A stretch of DNA of 25,633 nucleotides from a virus (taxonomy: Duplodnaviria > Caudoviricetes). Shown here piece after piece: positions 8,204 through 16,940 of this stretch. Numbering within the stretch: position 1 is the first letter of the stretch; every line of letters starts with the position of its first letter. The notes beneath the pieces were generated by a model that saw only the letters and a program-made list of their open reading frames with translations, was not told where the DNA came from and searched no databases. A program made the translations under genes and the position numbers. The stretch is taken from positions 1-25,633 of the IMG/VR virus record IMGVR_UViG_3300045998_000057. One strand, written 5' to 3'.

Positions 8204-8469
8204 ACCGCTTCCTCCCGGTGCGCTCGTGTCCATGCGCCCATGAGCGCCAGCCCCTCGCCGAGGTCGAGCTCCGTGCCGTCGGGGAGCGTCGTGTCCACGA
8301 TGGCCTCGAGCGCCAGCTCCATGAGCCGGCCGTCGTCGATCTCACCGCGGCGCATGGCGATGAATGTCGAGGCGGGGATGCGGTGCATGATGAACTCGTG
8401 CCCCGCGAGGGGGCCGTCCGGTCGGACCGTGATCTCCGGCCGGACGTGGTCGCGCTTCTCCAGCGCCAT
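8167..8469 (-). CDS. tail assembly chaperone
   Basis: 100-aa acidic ORF directly after the major tail protein, overlapped by a -1-frame ORF. Confidence 0.8.
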   Translation of the reverse strand: MALEKRDHVRPEITVRPDGPLAGHEFIMHRIPASTFIAMRRGEIDDGRLMELALEAIVDTTLPDGTELDLGEGLALMGAWTRAHREEAVPPATGTGSDEP

Positions 8470-8481
8470 CGGTGACCCTCG

Positions 8482-9456
8482 TTAGCTGATGGACGCCACG
8501 CTGTTGGTGACGACGGCATTGTGGTCGCTCGTGCTGGTCGCGTCCCAGATGGGCTCCAGCGTGAGCTCCTCGGTGATGATGCCGTCGACCGAGCCCGTCC
8601 GACGCTCAGTGTAGGTGCCGTACAGGTCGAGCTGGAAGATCGCCGAGGCGCCGGTCGTGGCCTTGACGCGGATCTTCTCCGTCGTCTGGGCCTTGTACGC
8701 CGTGGTGGCGGTGGCGCTGTTGTACTGGCGCGTGATCTTGGCCGACCAGGTCCGGTAGTTGGGCCGGTAGATCGCGTTGGCCGCCACCGTCCCGTCGAGC
8801 GTGTAGAACGGGACGGGCCCGAGGTCCACGCTCCAGTCGACCTCGGTGACCAGCGGGTCCGCCGTGGTGCCGATCGTGCTGGTGTCGATGTAGACCGTCG
8901 TGTTGTTCGCGCTCATCGGCGTGAGGCCGGTGCGGTCGGACAGCGAGCCCGTGAACGCCGTGATCGCGGTCGCAGGCTTCTGGACGAACAGGTCGGCGTT
9001 GTAGGTGACCGCCCCGTCGGCATTCTTGGCGAACTTGAGGTTGAGCTTCGACCCGAAGCAGCCGTTGTACCGGAAGCCCGGCGCCGTGCCGATCGTGTCG
9101 GCGTAGGCGAGCTCGATGGTGGCCGTCTTGACGTCGTCGGCGGTGGGGTTGGGCAGGAACGTGTAGACGTAGGGCCCGGCGCCGGTCGGCGTCAGCTTGG
9201 GGGCCATGAACAGGTTGAGCCACCACGGCGCGTCGTCATAGGTGAGTCGGCCCTGGAAGTTGAGCCGGCTGTGCTCGGGGCCGGCGGACGCGGAGTAGAC
9301 CGGCGAGTAGCTCGCGCGGTGCTCCTGCGGCCGGATGGTGGCGACGTCCTGCGTCTCCGTCGCCTGCTCGAAGTAGATGATCCTGGTCGGCGTGAGGCTG
9401 GTGCCGCGGACGGTCTCGAGCGCGGCCCGCCCGGAGTAGAAGACTTCGAGAGCCAA
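8482..9456 (-). CDS. major tail (tube) protein
   Basis: 324 aa, Thr-rich and beta-strand-like (GAGPYVYTFLP). TTG start with AAGGAGG RBS; canonical position. Confidence 0.85.
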   Translation of the reverse strand: MALEVFYSGRAALETVRGTSLTPTRIIYFEQATETQDVATIRPQEHRASYSPVYSASAGPEHSRLNFQGRLTYDDAPWWLNLFMAPKLTPTGAGPYVYTFLPNPTADDVKTATIELAYADTIGTAPGFRYNGCFGSKLNLKFAKNADGAVTYNADLFVQKPATAITAFTGSLSDRTGLTPMSANNTTVYIDTSTIGTTADPLVTEVDWSVDLGPVPFYTLDGTVAANAIYRPNYRTWSAKITRQYNSATATTAYKAQTTEKIRVKATTGASAIFQLDLYGTYTERRTGSVDGIITEELTLEPIWDATSTSDHNAVVTNSVASIS

Positions 9457-9459
9457 CGC

Positions 9460-9618
9460 TCATTCCTCCTTGGGCTTGGCGGGTGGATCCGCCTTCTTCG
9501 GGGCTTCCGTGGTGAACGCGCCGGACGCCACGCACCGCGGGTCCGTGCAGAGATGGGGGACGGCCGGCACGTCGACGAGATATCGGCCGGGGACGGGGTA
9601 GACGGTCACTTCTTTCAT
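9460..9618 (-). CDS. 52-aa hypothetical protein
   Basis: Hand translation MKEVTVYPVPGRYLVDVPAVPHLCTDPRCVASGAFTTEAPKKADPPAKPKEE; ATGA overlap; fills the gap before the tail tube gene. Confidence 0.7.
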   Translation of the reverse strand: MKEVTVYPVPGRYLVDVPAVPHLCTDPRCVASGAFTTEAPKKADPPAKPKEE

Positions 9619-10064
9619 GGCGCCAGCGTGGTTACCACCTCGTTGAACCGGACTCTGACCGTGAGCTCCACGACGTCGAAGGTGTTGCCGGCATAGTCCT
9701 CGCCGTCGAGCTCGGCCCGCATCGCCACGGGCTGTGCCCAGGCGACGTAGTCGAGGCCGAGCGTCATCTGCTTCTCCACCTCGTCGCGCATCGCGTCGTA
9801 CCAGGCGTACAGGTCGTTGCTACGGGTCGGCACGTCGAGCGGGTCGAGCAGCAGGCGGACGCGGAACGTGAGCGTGTCGTCGCGCAGCCGTGCCGTGATC
9901 CCGAGGTCGCCGGTCGGCGGGTAGACGAGCAGGGCCGGGCCCTTGGCGATCGTGTTGGGCAGGCTGGCCGTGGGTCCGACCGCCAGCGAGGGTGACGATG
10001 CCCCGGTCGCGGTCAGCCCCGAGAACCGCGCGGCGAGAGCATCGGCGACGGCCTTGGTGTTCAT
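9615..10064 (-). CDS. probable tail terminator
   Basis: 149 aa upstream of the tail tube gene; alpha/beta pattern ending in ...TLGL...YAGNTFDVVELTVRV. Confidence 0.7.
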   Translation of the reverse strand: MNTKAVADALAARFSGLTATGASSPSLAVGPTASLPNTIAKGPALLVYPPTGDLGITARLRDDTLTFRVRLLLDPLDVPTRSNDLYAWYDAMRDEVEKQMTLGLDYVAWAQPVAMRAELDGEDYAGNTFDVVELTVRVRFNEVVTTLAP

Positions 10065-10966
10065 ACCGGCCGCACCCGGTAGCTCTCGACGATCGCCCGC
10101 GCGTCAGGCGAGAGCGACGCCAGCAGCCGCACGCCGCCGGCGGGCCCGACGGCGATGGCGGGAGCGGCCGTCTCCTTGCCGATGTACCGCCTCGTCGCGG
10201 CCTCGATGGCCACGCCCCGGATGTCGGCCGGCACGGCGGCGAAGCCGAAGGACCCGGTGACCTCGGCGCCGAAGGTGGCGGTCCAGAAGTAGGAGCCGGT
10301 GGTCGGCACCATGCGGATGCTCGTGGCCGGCCAATCGACGTCCCGCTCGATCTCCGGCGGGTCGAGGTAGTAGGCCGAGCTCGAGAGGGTCGTGTAGGTG
10401 CCGCCCGTGTCGGGCTGCGACGTCGAGGCGACGCCGAGGCTCGTGATCGAGCGGATCCCGACCGGCACCCGGAGGACGAGCCCGTAGTGGGTGTGGAACC
10501 GGTACGTGGTGGTCCCCGACGCCGGCCGTGGTCGGAGCCAACGGCCGGTGGCGTGCTCGAGGCTGGATCCGACCTCGCGGATGATGTCGAGCAGGGTCTC
10601 CTGGTCGGCGTTGCTCACGGTGGCCGAGCCGAAGAGCCGCTCGGTCACGTCGTCGAGCGAGCAGATGAGCCCATCGTCGGCGCCCGCCTGGAAGGCGACC
10701 GTCCAGTCCGAGAGCCGTGTTCCGCCGGCGTCCTCGTACCGGGTGCGATACCACGAGCTCGAGACCCCGGCGGGATCGTAGCCGGTGTACAGGCGCGTCC
10801 CCGAGACGAGCCCGAGCGTCGGCGTGGAGCCCGTGCCGGTGAGGTCGGCGTAGGTGCCGGCCTGGGTCGCGGAGGTCTGGATGCGGATCAGCGCCCCCGC
10901 CCCATAGGCGCCCGTGTTGAGCAGCTCGGCCGCGTTGTCGACGGTGATCGTCAGGATGTTCGGCAT
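10061..10966 (-). CDS. head-to-tail adaptor (gp6/gp15-like) with extra N-terminal beta domain
   Basis: From about residue 98: LICSLDDVTERL...FGFAAVPADIRGVAIEAATRRY...LSPDARAIVESYR. The first ~95 aa form an additional FN3/Ig-like segment. Confidence 0.8.
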   Translation of the reverse strand: MPNILTITVDNAAELLNTGAYGAGALIRIQTSATQAGTYADLTGTGSTPTLGLVSGTRLYTGYDPAGVSSSWYRTRYEDAGGTRLSDWTVAFQAGADDGLICSLDDVTERLFGSATVSNADQETLLDIIREVGSSLEHATGRWLRPRPASGTTTYRFHTHYGLVLRVPVGIRSITSLGVASTSQPDTGGTYTTLSSSAYYLDPPEIERDVDWPATSIRMVPTTGSYFWTATFGAEVTGSFGFAAVPADIRGVAIEAATRRYIGKETAAPAIAVGPAGGVRLLASLSPDARAIVESYRVRPV

Positions 10967-13479
10967 CAGGTCCCCTTGGCGGTGGCGCGTGGCACGCTGG
11001 CGACGGCGGTTGACGACGGGGCCGCCTGGGTCGCGGCGACGGCGGACGGGGCGGGGCCGCCGATGAACAGCGGCTGGCCGTAGGCGGTGCCGGTCGCGGC
11101 GGCGAGCTCCGCCTGAGCGTAGGCGTTGCTCGGCCCACCCGCCGTCGCCCCGTAGGCCGCCGCGGTGGCTGCCGCGAGCCCGGCGATGGCCGAGGGCACC
11201 TTGACGAGGGCCGGCTGGTGGGCCGTCCCGGTCGCCGTGGCGAGGCCGGCGTCGACGGTCTTGGCCGCGGTCGCCGCGGCGGCGTAGGCAGCGCCGATGG
11301 CCGTCGCGGCGCTGGCGTTGATGGCCGCGGCCGCCATGGCGTCAGCCGCGACCGCCGTCGCCGATGCGAGGCCGGCGTTGGCATAGGTGTCGACTACGGT
11401 CGAGATGTTGGGCTGGTATGCCGCGCCCGTGGCCGCCGCGATACCGGCCGCCGGCTGGACCTTGGCCGCGGGTGCCTGGGCGGTGCCAGCGACCGCGGCG
11501 GCGCCGGCGTTGACGTTGATGCCAGCCGAGGTCTGGACCGTCGGGTCGACGGCCGTGCCGGTGGCGGTCGCGACGCCCGCCACGAGCTGGACCGCCGTCC
11601 CCGCGTTGATCGCGGTACCCGTGGCCGTCGCGAGCCCGGCCGGGGCCTGCGTGCCGGAGCTGGTCTGGATGGTCGGGTTGGTGATGGCTCCCGCAGCCGT
11701 CGCAACCCCGGCCTGCGCCGTCTGCATGGCCGTCGCCCTGGCCATGCCCGTCGCGGTCGCGAGACCCGCGTTGGGCTTGACGGTCGTGCCCGCGGTGTAT
11801 GCCGCGCCCGTGGCCGCCGCGACACCGGCCGCCGGCTGGACCCTGGCCGCAGGTGCCTGGGCCGTGCCCGTGGCGGTCGCGAGGCCCGCGTTGGGCTTGA
11901 CGGTCTTGCCCGCGGTGTAGGCGGTACCCGTGGCGGTCGCGAGCCCGGCCGCCGGCTGGACCTTGGCCGCGGGCGCCTGACCGGCACCGGTGCCGGTCGC
12001 GAGGCCGGCGTTGGCGTTGGTGCCGGAGCTGGTCTGGACCGTCGGGTTGATGGCCGTGCCGGTCGCCGTGGCGAGTCCGGTGTCGATCGCGAGCTCGGCC
12101 CACGAGAAGGCCGCCGCCTCGCCCGTCGCCGAGGCAAGCCCCGCGTTGGCAACCGTGCCCGTCGACACGGTCGGATTGTTGGCTGTGCCGGTGGCGGTGG
12201 CGACGCCAGCAGCCGCGGCTCCGGCCGGGTTGCTGTACGTCGTCGACCAGTCGCCCCACGTCCAGGTGACGGTGGACACGGTGGCATCGAGCCCGGTGCC
12301 GGTGCCGGTCGCGAGCGTTGGCGCCGGCTGGACCTTGGCGGCCGGGAGTTGGGCCGCACCGGTGGCGGTCGCGAGCGTTGGCGCCGGCTGGACCTTGGCG
12401 GCCGGCGCCTGACCCGCACCCGTCCCGGTCGCGAGACCGGCGTCGACGTTCTTGATGCTGGACGTCTGGACCGTCGGGTTGATGGCCGTGCCCGTGGCCG
12501 TCGCGAGGCCGGCGTTGGGCTTGACGGTCTTGCCCGCGAGGTAGGCGGTACCCGTAGCGGTGGCGAGCCCGGCCGCCGGCTGGACCTTGGCGGCCGGTGC
12601 TCGTCCGGTGCCCGTCGCCGTCGCGAGGCCGGCGTTGGGCTTGACGGTCTTGCCCGCGGTGTAGGCGGTACCGGTGGCCGTCGCGAGCCCGGCGTCGACG
12701 GTACCGGCTGCCTCGGCCGGGTTGCTGTAGGTGCTCGACCAGTCGCCCCACGTCCACTCGAGGTGGGTAACCGTCGGGTTGATGGCCGTGCCGGTCGCCG
12801 TGGCGAGACCGGCCGGGGCATTCTTGGTGCTGGCCGCCTCCTGCACCGCGATGACCGCCCAGCCGCCATCGTCGCTGCTCTGGGTCCAGGCGAAGCTCGT
12901 GTACGCCGAGCCGGTGCCGGTGTAGGTGGTGGTCTTCTGGTCGATGACCGAGACGAAGTTGCCGAAGTCCTGGCTGTGCCGCCGGGTCAGCGACGAGTCG
13001 TCGGTGATCGAGGACAGCGCGTTCTCGCCCGAGTACAGGCCACCGTACAGGGCGACGACCAGCCCGTTGGGGATCGTCAGGCTGGTCGTGATCGTGCTGA
13101 TGCTGGTGCTGCTGCCCTCGTCGTATCCGACGTTGATCCCGCCGGGGACGATCGAGGCGTGGCCCGTGGAGCTCGTGCCATCGAAGGCGGTGGCGATGTA
13201 GGTGCTGCTGCCCGACCGGGTGATCTCGACGGTCTGCCCGCCCGAGCCCGGGGCGTCGATGAACCAGCACGAGGTGGTGCCGCTCTCGCCGGTCGTGTTG
13301 GCACCGGTGGCGATGCGGTCCATCGCCGCGCCGCCCCAGGTGACGCCGGACGTCTCCTCCACGGCGCCGCCGCTGATGACGACGACGCCGTACGCCTTGC
13401 TCGACGTCGTGGGCGAGGTCCAGTTACGGGTCCCGGTCCCGCTCGCGAGGTTGGTGAAGGACCCGAGGGTGACCGCCAT
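10966..13479 (-). CDS. 837-aa Ala/Thr/Gly repeat fibre-like virion protein
   Basis: ~215-aa N-terminal globular region, then about 26 AGLATATGTA-type repeats with ~20-aa periodicity. Confidence 0.8.
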   Translation of the reverse strand: MAVTLGSFTNLASGTGTRNWTSPTTSSKAYGVVVISGGAVEETSGVTWGGAAMDRIATGANTTGESGTTSCWFIDAPGSGGQTVEITRSGSSTYIATAFDGTSSTGHASIVPGGINVGYDEGSSTSISTITTSLTIPNGLVVALYGGLYSGENALSSITDDSSLTRRHSQDFGNFVSVIDQKTTTYTGTGSAYTSFAWTQSSDDGGWAVIAVQEAASTKNAPAGLATATGTAINPTVTHLEWTWGDWSSTYSNPAEAAGTVDAGLATATGTAYTAGKTVKPNAGLATATGTGRAPAAKVQPAAGLATATGTAYLAGKTVKPNAGLATATGTAINPTVQTSSIKNVDAGLATGTGAGQAPAAKVQPAPTLATATGAAQLPAAKVQPAPTLATGTGTGLDATVSTVTWTWGDWSTTYSNPAGAAAAGVATATGTANNPTVSTGTVANAGLASATGEAAAFSWAELAIDTGLATATGTAINPTVQTSSGTNANAGLATGTGAGQAPAAKVQPAAGLATATGTAYTAGKTVKPNAGLATATGTAQAPAARVQPAAGVAAATGAAYTAGTTVKPNAGLATATGMARATAMQTAQAGVATAAGAITNPTIQTSSGTQAPAGLATATGTAINAGTAVQLVAGVATATGTAVDPTVQTSAGINVNAGAAAVAGTAQAPAAKVQPAAGIAAATGAAYQPNISTVVDTYANAGLASATAVAADAMAAAAINASAATAIGAAYAAAATAAKTVDAGLATATGTAHQPALVKVPSAIAGLAAATAAAYGATAGGPSNAYAQAELAAATGTAYGQPLFIGGPAPSAVAATQAAPSSTAVASVPRATAKGT
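11090..12820. repeat. degenerate coding repeat array (AGLATATGTA)
   Basis: Near-identical blocks such as 'gtcgcgaggccggcgttgggcttgacggtcttgcccgc' recur several times. Confidence 0.9.
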
Positions 13480-13482
13480 CGC

Positions 13483-14466
13483 CTACTCCAGCGTGCCGGC
13501 CCTCACGCGGCGATACCACGTCGTCGCGGTAAGGGCCGACGTGACGGAGAGGTTGACCTCGTTGCCGGAGTAGGCGGACGGCATGCCGGTGGACGGGATC
13601 GCCACCCATGAGCCGCCGTTGTAGTAGGTCCAGTTGGTCTGGTCGGTCGACGAGTCGTACGTGCGGAGGTTGCCGGTGTCGAACGTGTTGGCCGTGTCGA
13701 GTTGCAGCTGGAAGTGCTGCGCCACGCCGCTGGTCGGGCTGTCGAACTTGAGGTCCGGCGTCGTGCTCATCGTCACGGTGTCGGCGGGCGTCGTCCACGT
13801 CGGGCCGGTTGCCGTCGCGGCCGCGTAGTGGGCCGCGATCTGCGCCCCGGTCAGGACGCTCTTGTAGCCCGCGACGTAGGCGAGGCGACCGCTAATCGGG
13901 TCGCCGGCCGCGTTGATCTGGAGGTCGCCCGCCGTGTCGGAGAGCGCATTAGCATAATCCTCGTACGAGAGCGTCTGAAGGACGCCGTTGATGTAGCACT
14001 TGTAGTCGCCGGTCGTGCTCGGGCTAGGGGCAACGGTCCAGACGTAGTGGCGCCATACCCCGTCCACGCTGTAGCCCGTGGTCACTGCCGCGAGCTGACC
14101 GGTGCCGTTGCGACCGAGCGCAGGATGGTCCCCACTGTTCCAGCCGATCCAATAGCCGCCAGTCCCGATCTTGCTGAGGAACAGGTCCCACGTCGAGAGG
14201 CCGCCGTCCTTGGCGTACCACGCCTCGATCGAGAACCCGCCCGAGCCCAAGTCGAGCGCGTTGTCGTCGCCGACCGCGAAGTAGTCGGACGCGGAGCCCA
14301 TGTAGATCGCGGTGTGCCCCGTGACCGGGCCCGTCTGGCCGTAGGTTGGAGAGCCGTTCGCTGTCCCCGTCAGCGCGCCGACGAGGTCCGTGAGGTTCCC
14401 AGACGCCTCGTCCATCGCGAAGGCGAACGACGCCCCATCGGCGAGGATTACGCTCTCGTAGCTCAT
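13483..14466 (-). CDS. LamG/concanavalin-A-like lectin domain protein with C-terminal FN3-like module
   Basis: FAMDEASG..., FSIEAW, WRHYVWT, CYINGVLQ and VAGYKSVLTGAQIAAHY are LamG_3-like. The C-terminus ends in TTWYRRVRA. Confidence 0.85.
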   Translation of the reverse strand: MSYESVILADGASFAFAMDEASGNLTDLVGALTGTANGSPTYGQTGPVTGHTAIYMGSASDYFAVGDDNALDLGSGGFSIEAWYAKDGGLSTWDLFLSKIGTGGYWIGWNSGDHPALGRNGTGQLAAVTTGYSVDGVWRHYVWTVAPSPSTTGDYKCYINGVLQTLSYEDYANALSDTAGDLQINAAGDPISGRLAYVAGYKSVLTGAQIAAHYAAATATGPTWTTPADTVTMSTTPDLKFDSPTSGVAQHFQLQLDTANTFDTGNLRTYDSSTDQTNWTYYNGGSWVAIPSTGMPSAYSGNEVNLSVTSALTATTWYRRVRAGTLE

Positions 14467-15455
14467 GGCACGTACTCCACCCAGCCCGCGTCGCTGCCGT
14501 CGTGGGCACCGCCGATGGCCGACGATCCGCCCGTCAGCCCGAACTCGGGGTCAGCGGTGATCGTTTCGCCCCAGTAGTTATAGCCCGCAGTCGTGTAGGC
14601 CGAGTCGTTCGGGTCGGAGAGGTTGTACGCGGTACTCTCGCTGGCATCCTCGCCCGCATTGTCGCGGACCGTGATCGTGCCGTGGCGGTAGAGGTCGTAG
14701 TTGCGCCCGCAGCCGACGAACGTGTTGTGCTCGAACGTCCCGGTGACGCCGGTGGGGTCGCCATCGTCACCGTACAGCTGGACTCCCTTGTGAAGATCAA
14801 CAAACACGTTCCGATGGATCCACAGGTTGAGCGCGGATGGGGTGTGGTCAGTGCCCACGCCCGCGCCATCCGGGTCGGTTGCGGGGTAGGGGCCACGGAT
14901 GATGTTGTAGGCCACCTCGGCGGTGTCGAAGTAGGCACCGAAGTAGAGGACCTGTGCCGAGTTGTCGCCGGGGCTGACCTTCTGGATGTCGCAGTTGAGG
15001 ATCGACCAGTCCTCGCACAGTCCCGTCGTGCCGTTGGTGCCGTTGAGGGTGATGACCCCGTTCTGCACCATGCAGTAGTTGACGAGTTTCAGCCCGTCGA
15101 GGACGAAGTGAGAGTAGCCGCCGTTGGTCTGGAGGAAGTAGCGGTCGTCGTCGGTCGAGCCGTTGGCCTGCCCGTCGAAGATCGCCGCGTGCTGGTGCTC
15201 GGCAACAATCCTGATTGGCTGGCTGGCCGTGCCGGTCGCGACGCCGATCGTCGGGAAGTAGAGTTGCCGGTTCAGCGATCCGTTGTAGGTGCCGTCCTTG
15301 CAGATGACGGTGTCGCCGGCGGCCACCATCGAGAGCGCCTTGTGGAGTGAGGCCCACGGCGACCCGGACGTGCCATCTCCCGAGTCGCTGCCGGTCGGGC
15401 TGATGTAGTAGCCGGACGGGGGCTCGTCGCCCATGTGGATCGTGAGCGATGTCAT
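14463..15455 (-). CDS. parallel beta-helix (pectate-lyase-like) protein
   Basis: YYISPTGSDSGDGTSGSPWASLHKAL...AGDTVICKDGTY...GTASQPIRI cap, followed by IHRNVF / FEHNTFV / VRDN rungs. An alternative in-frame start lies at 15539. Confidence 0.85.
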   Translation of the reverse strand: MTSLTIHMGDEPPSGYYISPTGSDSGDGTSGSPWASLHKALSMVAAGDTVICKDGTYNGSLNRQLYFPTIGVATGTASQPIRIVAEHQHAAIFDGQANGSTDDDRYFLQTNGGYSHFVLDGLKLVNYCMVQNGVITLNGTNGTTGLCEDWSILNCDIQKVSPGDNSAQVLYFGAYFDTAEVAYNIIRGPYPATDPDGAGVGTDHTPSALNLWIHRNVFVDLHKGVQLYGDDGDPTGVTGTFEHNTFVGCGRNYDLYRHGTITVRDNAGEDASESTAYNLSDPNDSAYTTAGYNYWGETITADPEFGLTGGSSAIGGAHDGSDAGWVEYVP

Positions 15456-15546
15456 CGCCTCGCCCCTCCCCAGGGCGACCCCGGCGTGAGCAAGGGTCGC
15501 CCGCGGCCGGCGCGGCCTCGGAGGCTTCCGACGCGCCATGCCACTG

Positions 15547-16032
15547 CTAGACCGTGATCGTGAAGATCCCGCTGCCGTTCCAGACGATAGTGAACGTCCC
15601 GAGGGTGACGCTCTGACTGCCGCCGAAGTAGTTGAAGCAGATCCCCTGGTCGGCCACGGGGGTCGTGATCGTGTCGTCGTAGACGAGGCAGCCGTACGCC
15701 GCGGTGATCGTGGTCACCGCGTTGGCGCTGGCCCTGTCCGCGGCGTCGAAGGTATAGGTCCCGGTGGCGAACGTGGACGTGACCGAGCCGAGATCGAGCC
15801 CCACCGTCGGCCAGCCCGCCGGCGCCGAGCTGCCGGTGTCGGTGATGTGGTCGGACGCCCAGGTGCCGGTGTTGTACGCCGTGCTCGCCGAGGCGACCGT
15901 TCGGTCGGGGGTGACGCCGGTCCCGTGGAGGGCGACCTTGATGTTGGCGTCGGTGTTGAGGTCCATCGCCGTCGTGTTGTTGAGCACGTCGGTGATGAAG
16001 GCCGCAAAGATGCGGCTGTCGGTCCAGGCCAT
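15547..16032 (-). CDS. virion structural protein (161 aa)
   Basis: AGGAG RBS. MDLNTDANIKVAL...TFDAAD...AYGCLVY...FGGSQSVTLGTFTIVWNGSGIFTI is a recurrent phage structural family found ahead of fibre genes (recalled). Confidence 0.75.
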   Translation of the reverse strand: MAWTDSRIFAAFITDVLNNTTAMDLNTDANIKVALHGTGVTPDRTVASASTAYNTGTWASDHITDTGSSAPAGWPTVGLDLGSVTSTFATGTYTFDAADRASANAVTTITAAYGCLVYDDTITTPVADQGICFNYFGGSQSVTLGTFTIVWNGSGIFTITV

Positions 16033-16036
16033 CTCG

Positions 16037-16348
16037 TTACTCTCCTGCTACTCCATGGGCGGCGGGGGCGAACACCATGACGTCGTTGCCGTCGTCGCGG
16101 GTGGTCACGATGGACATGATCGGTCGGCCAGCCGGGTCCGTCTGGACGTCCTCGCGCCCGACGTAGTCGTCCCGGTCGCGGGCCTCGACCTTCGCCGCCA
16201 CGCCCTTGGGCAGCATCGGCGCGGACAGGTAGCGGAGCTTGGGGCAGACGTGGTAGCGGGTGTGGGGCCTCGCCTCCCGCGTCTGGTCCGTGGCGCCGCA
16301 GTTGGGGCAATACCACTCCGTGACCGGCGTCTCGAGGATCGGGATCAT
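16037..16348 (-). CDS. Cys/His zinc-binding hypothetical protein (103 aa)
   Basis: WYCPNC...HTRYHVCP; tightly packed in the operon. Confidence 0.75.
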   Translation of the reverse strand: MIPILETPVTEWYCPNCGATDQTREARPHTRYHVCPKLRYLSAPMLPKGVAAKVEARDRDDYVGREDVQTDPAGRPIMSIVTTRDDGNDVMVFAPAAHGVAGE

Positions 16349-16349
16349 C

Positions 16350-16940
16350 TCAGGTCGTCAGGTAGTTGGGGATGGTATGGCTGTGGATGACGGTGTAGAC
16401 GCTCGTGCCGGCGTGCGTGATCTTGAGGAAGCCCGACACGTCGCAGTCGTACAGGTAGAGGCCATTGGCGATCGAGGCCGCCAGGGTCCCGATGCCGCCG
16501 GCGGCGTCGGCGGGCGCGATCGAGGTCGCGGTCGTGCCGGTCACGAGGATGCCGTGCAGGACGCCCGAGCTGCCCATGACGTAGGCATCGGCGGCCTGCC
16601 CGACGATGATCGTGTCGTTGCCGGTGTTGATGACCCAGCCGGCACCGGTGACGCTGGTCAGGCTCTTGAAGATCGCGGAGCCGCTGCCGCCGACGCCGTC
16701 GGTCAGGGTGATGACCTCGGTGAGCGGAGCTCCGGCGAGGTCGGTCCCGACGACGGTGAGGGTGCCCGCGGTGTCATTGCCGGTCACGGGCGTGATGGTC
16801 GCCGTGACCTTGAAGCCTGCGCCGTGCGCCGCGGTCGTGTTCGCCAGGGTGTAGGCGCCGACCTTCATGTTGGTGCTGGTGACGAACCGGTTGGTGACGG
16901 CCGCCGTCGTGGCCGAGAGCGCGGTGCGGGTGAAGCCCAT
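16350..16940 (-). CDS. putative head decoration/structural protein (196 aa)
   Basis: Thr/Gly-rich beta-type composition; second gene after the capsid gene; TGATG overlap. Confidence 0.65.
   Translation of the reverse strand: MGFTRTALSATTAAVTNRFVTSTNMKVGAYTLANTTAAHGAGFKVTATITPVTGNDTAGTLTVVGTDLAGAPLTEVITLTDGVGGSGSAIFKSLTSVTGAGWVINTGNDTIIVGQAADAYVMGSSGVLHGILVTGTTATSIAPADAAGGIGTLAASIANGLYLYDCDVSGFLKITHAGTSVYTVIHSHTIPNYLTT

Noticed and set aside
12223-12756. Repeat pair as a DGR template/variable region
   Set aside because: The copies are only 42 bp and both lie inside one ORF, the mismatches are not adenine-specific, and no reverse transcriptase is present in the window.
11218-13611. Long plus-strand ORFs (797 aa here; also 6002-7162, 7163-8485, 17155-18687, 20560-21864)
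   Set aside because: They are antisense shadows of high-GC3 genes, with no motifs or RBS.
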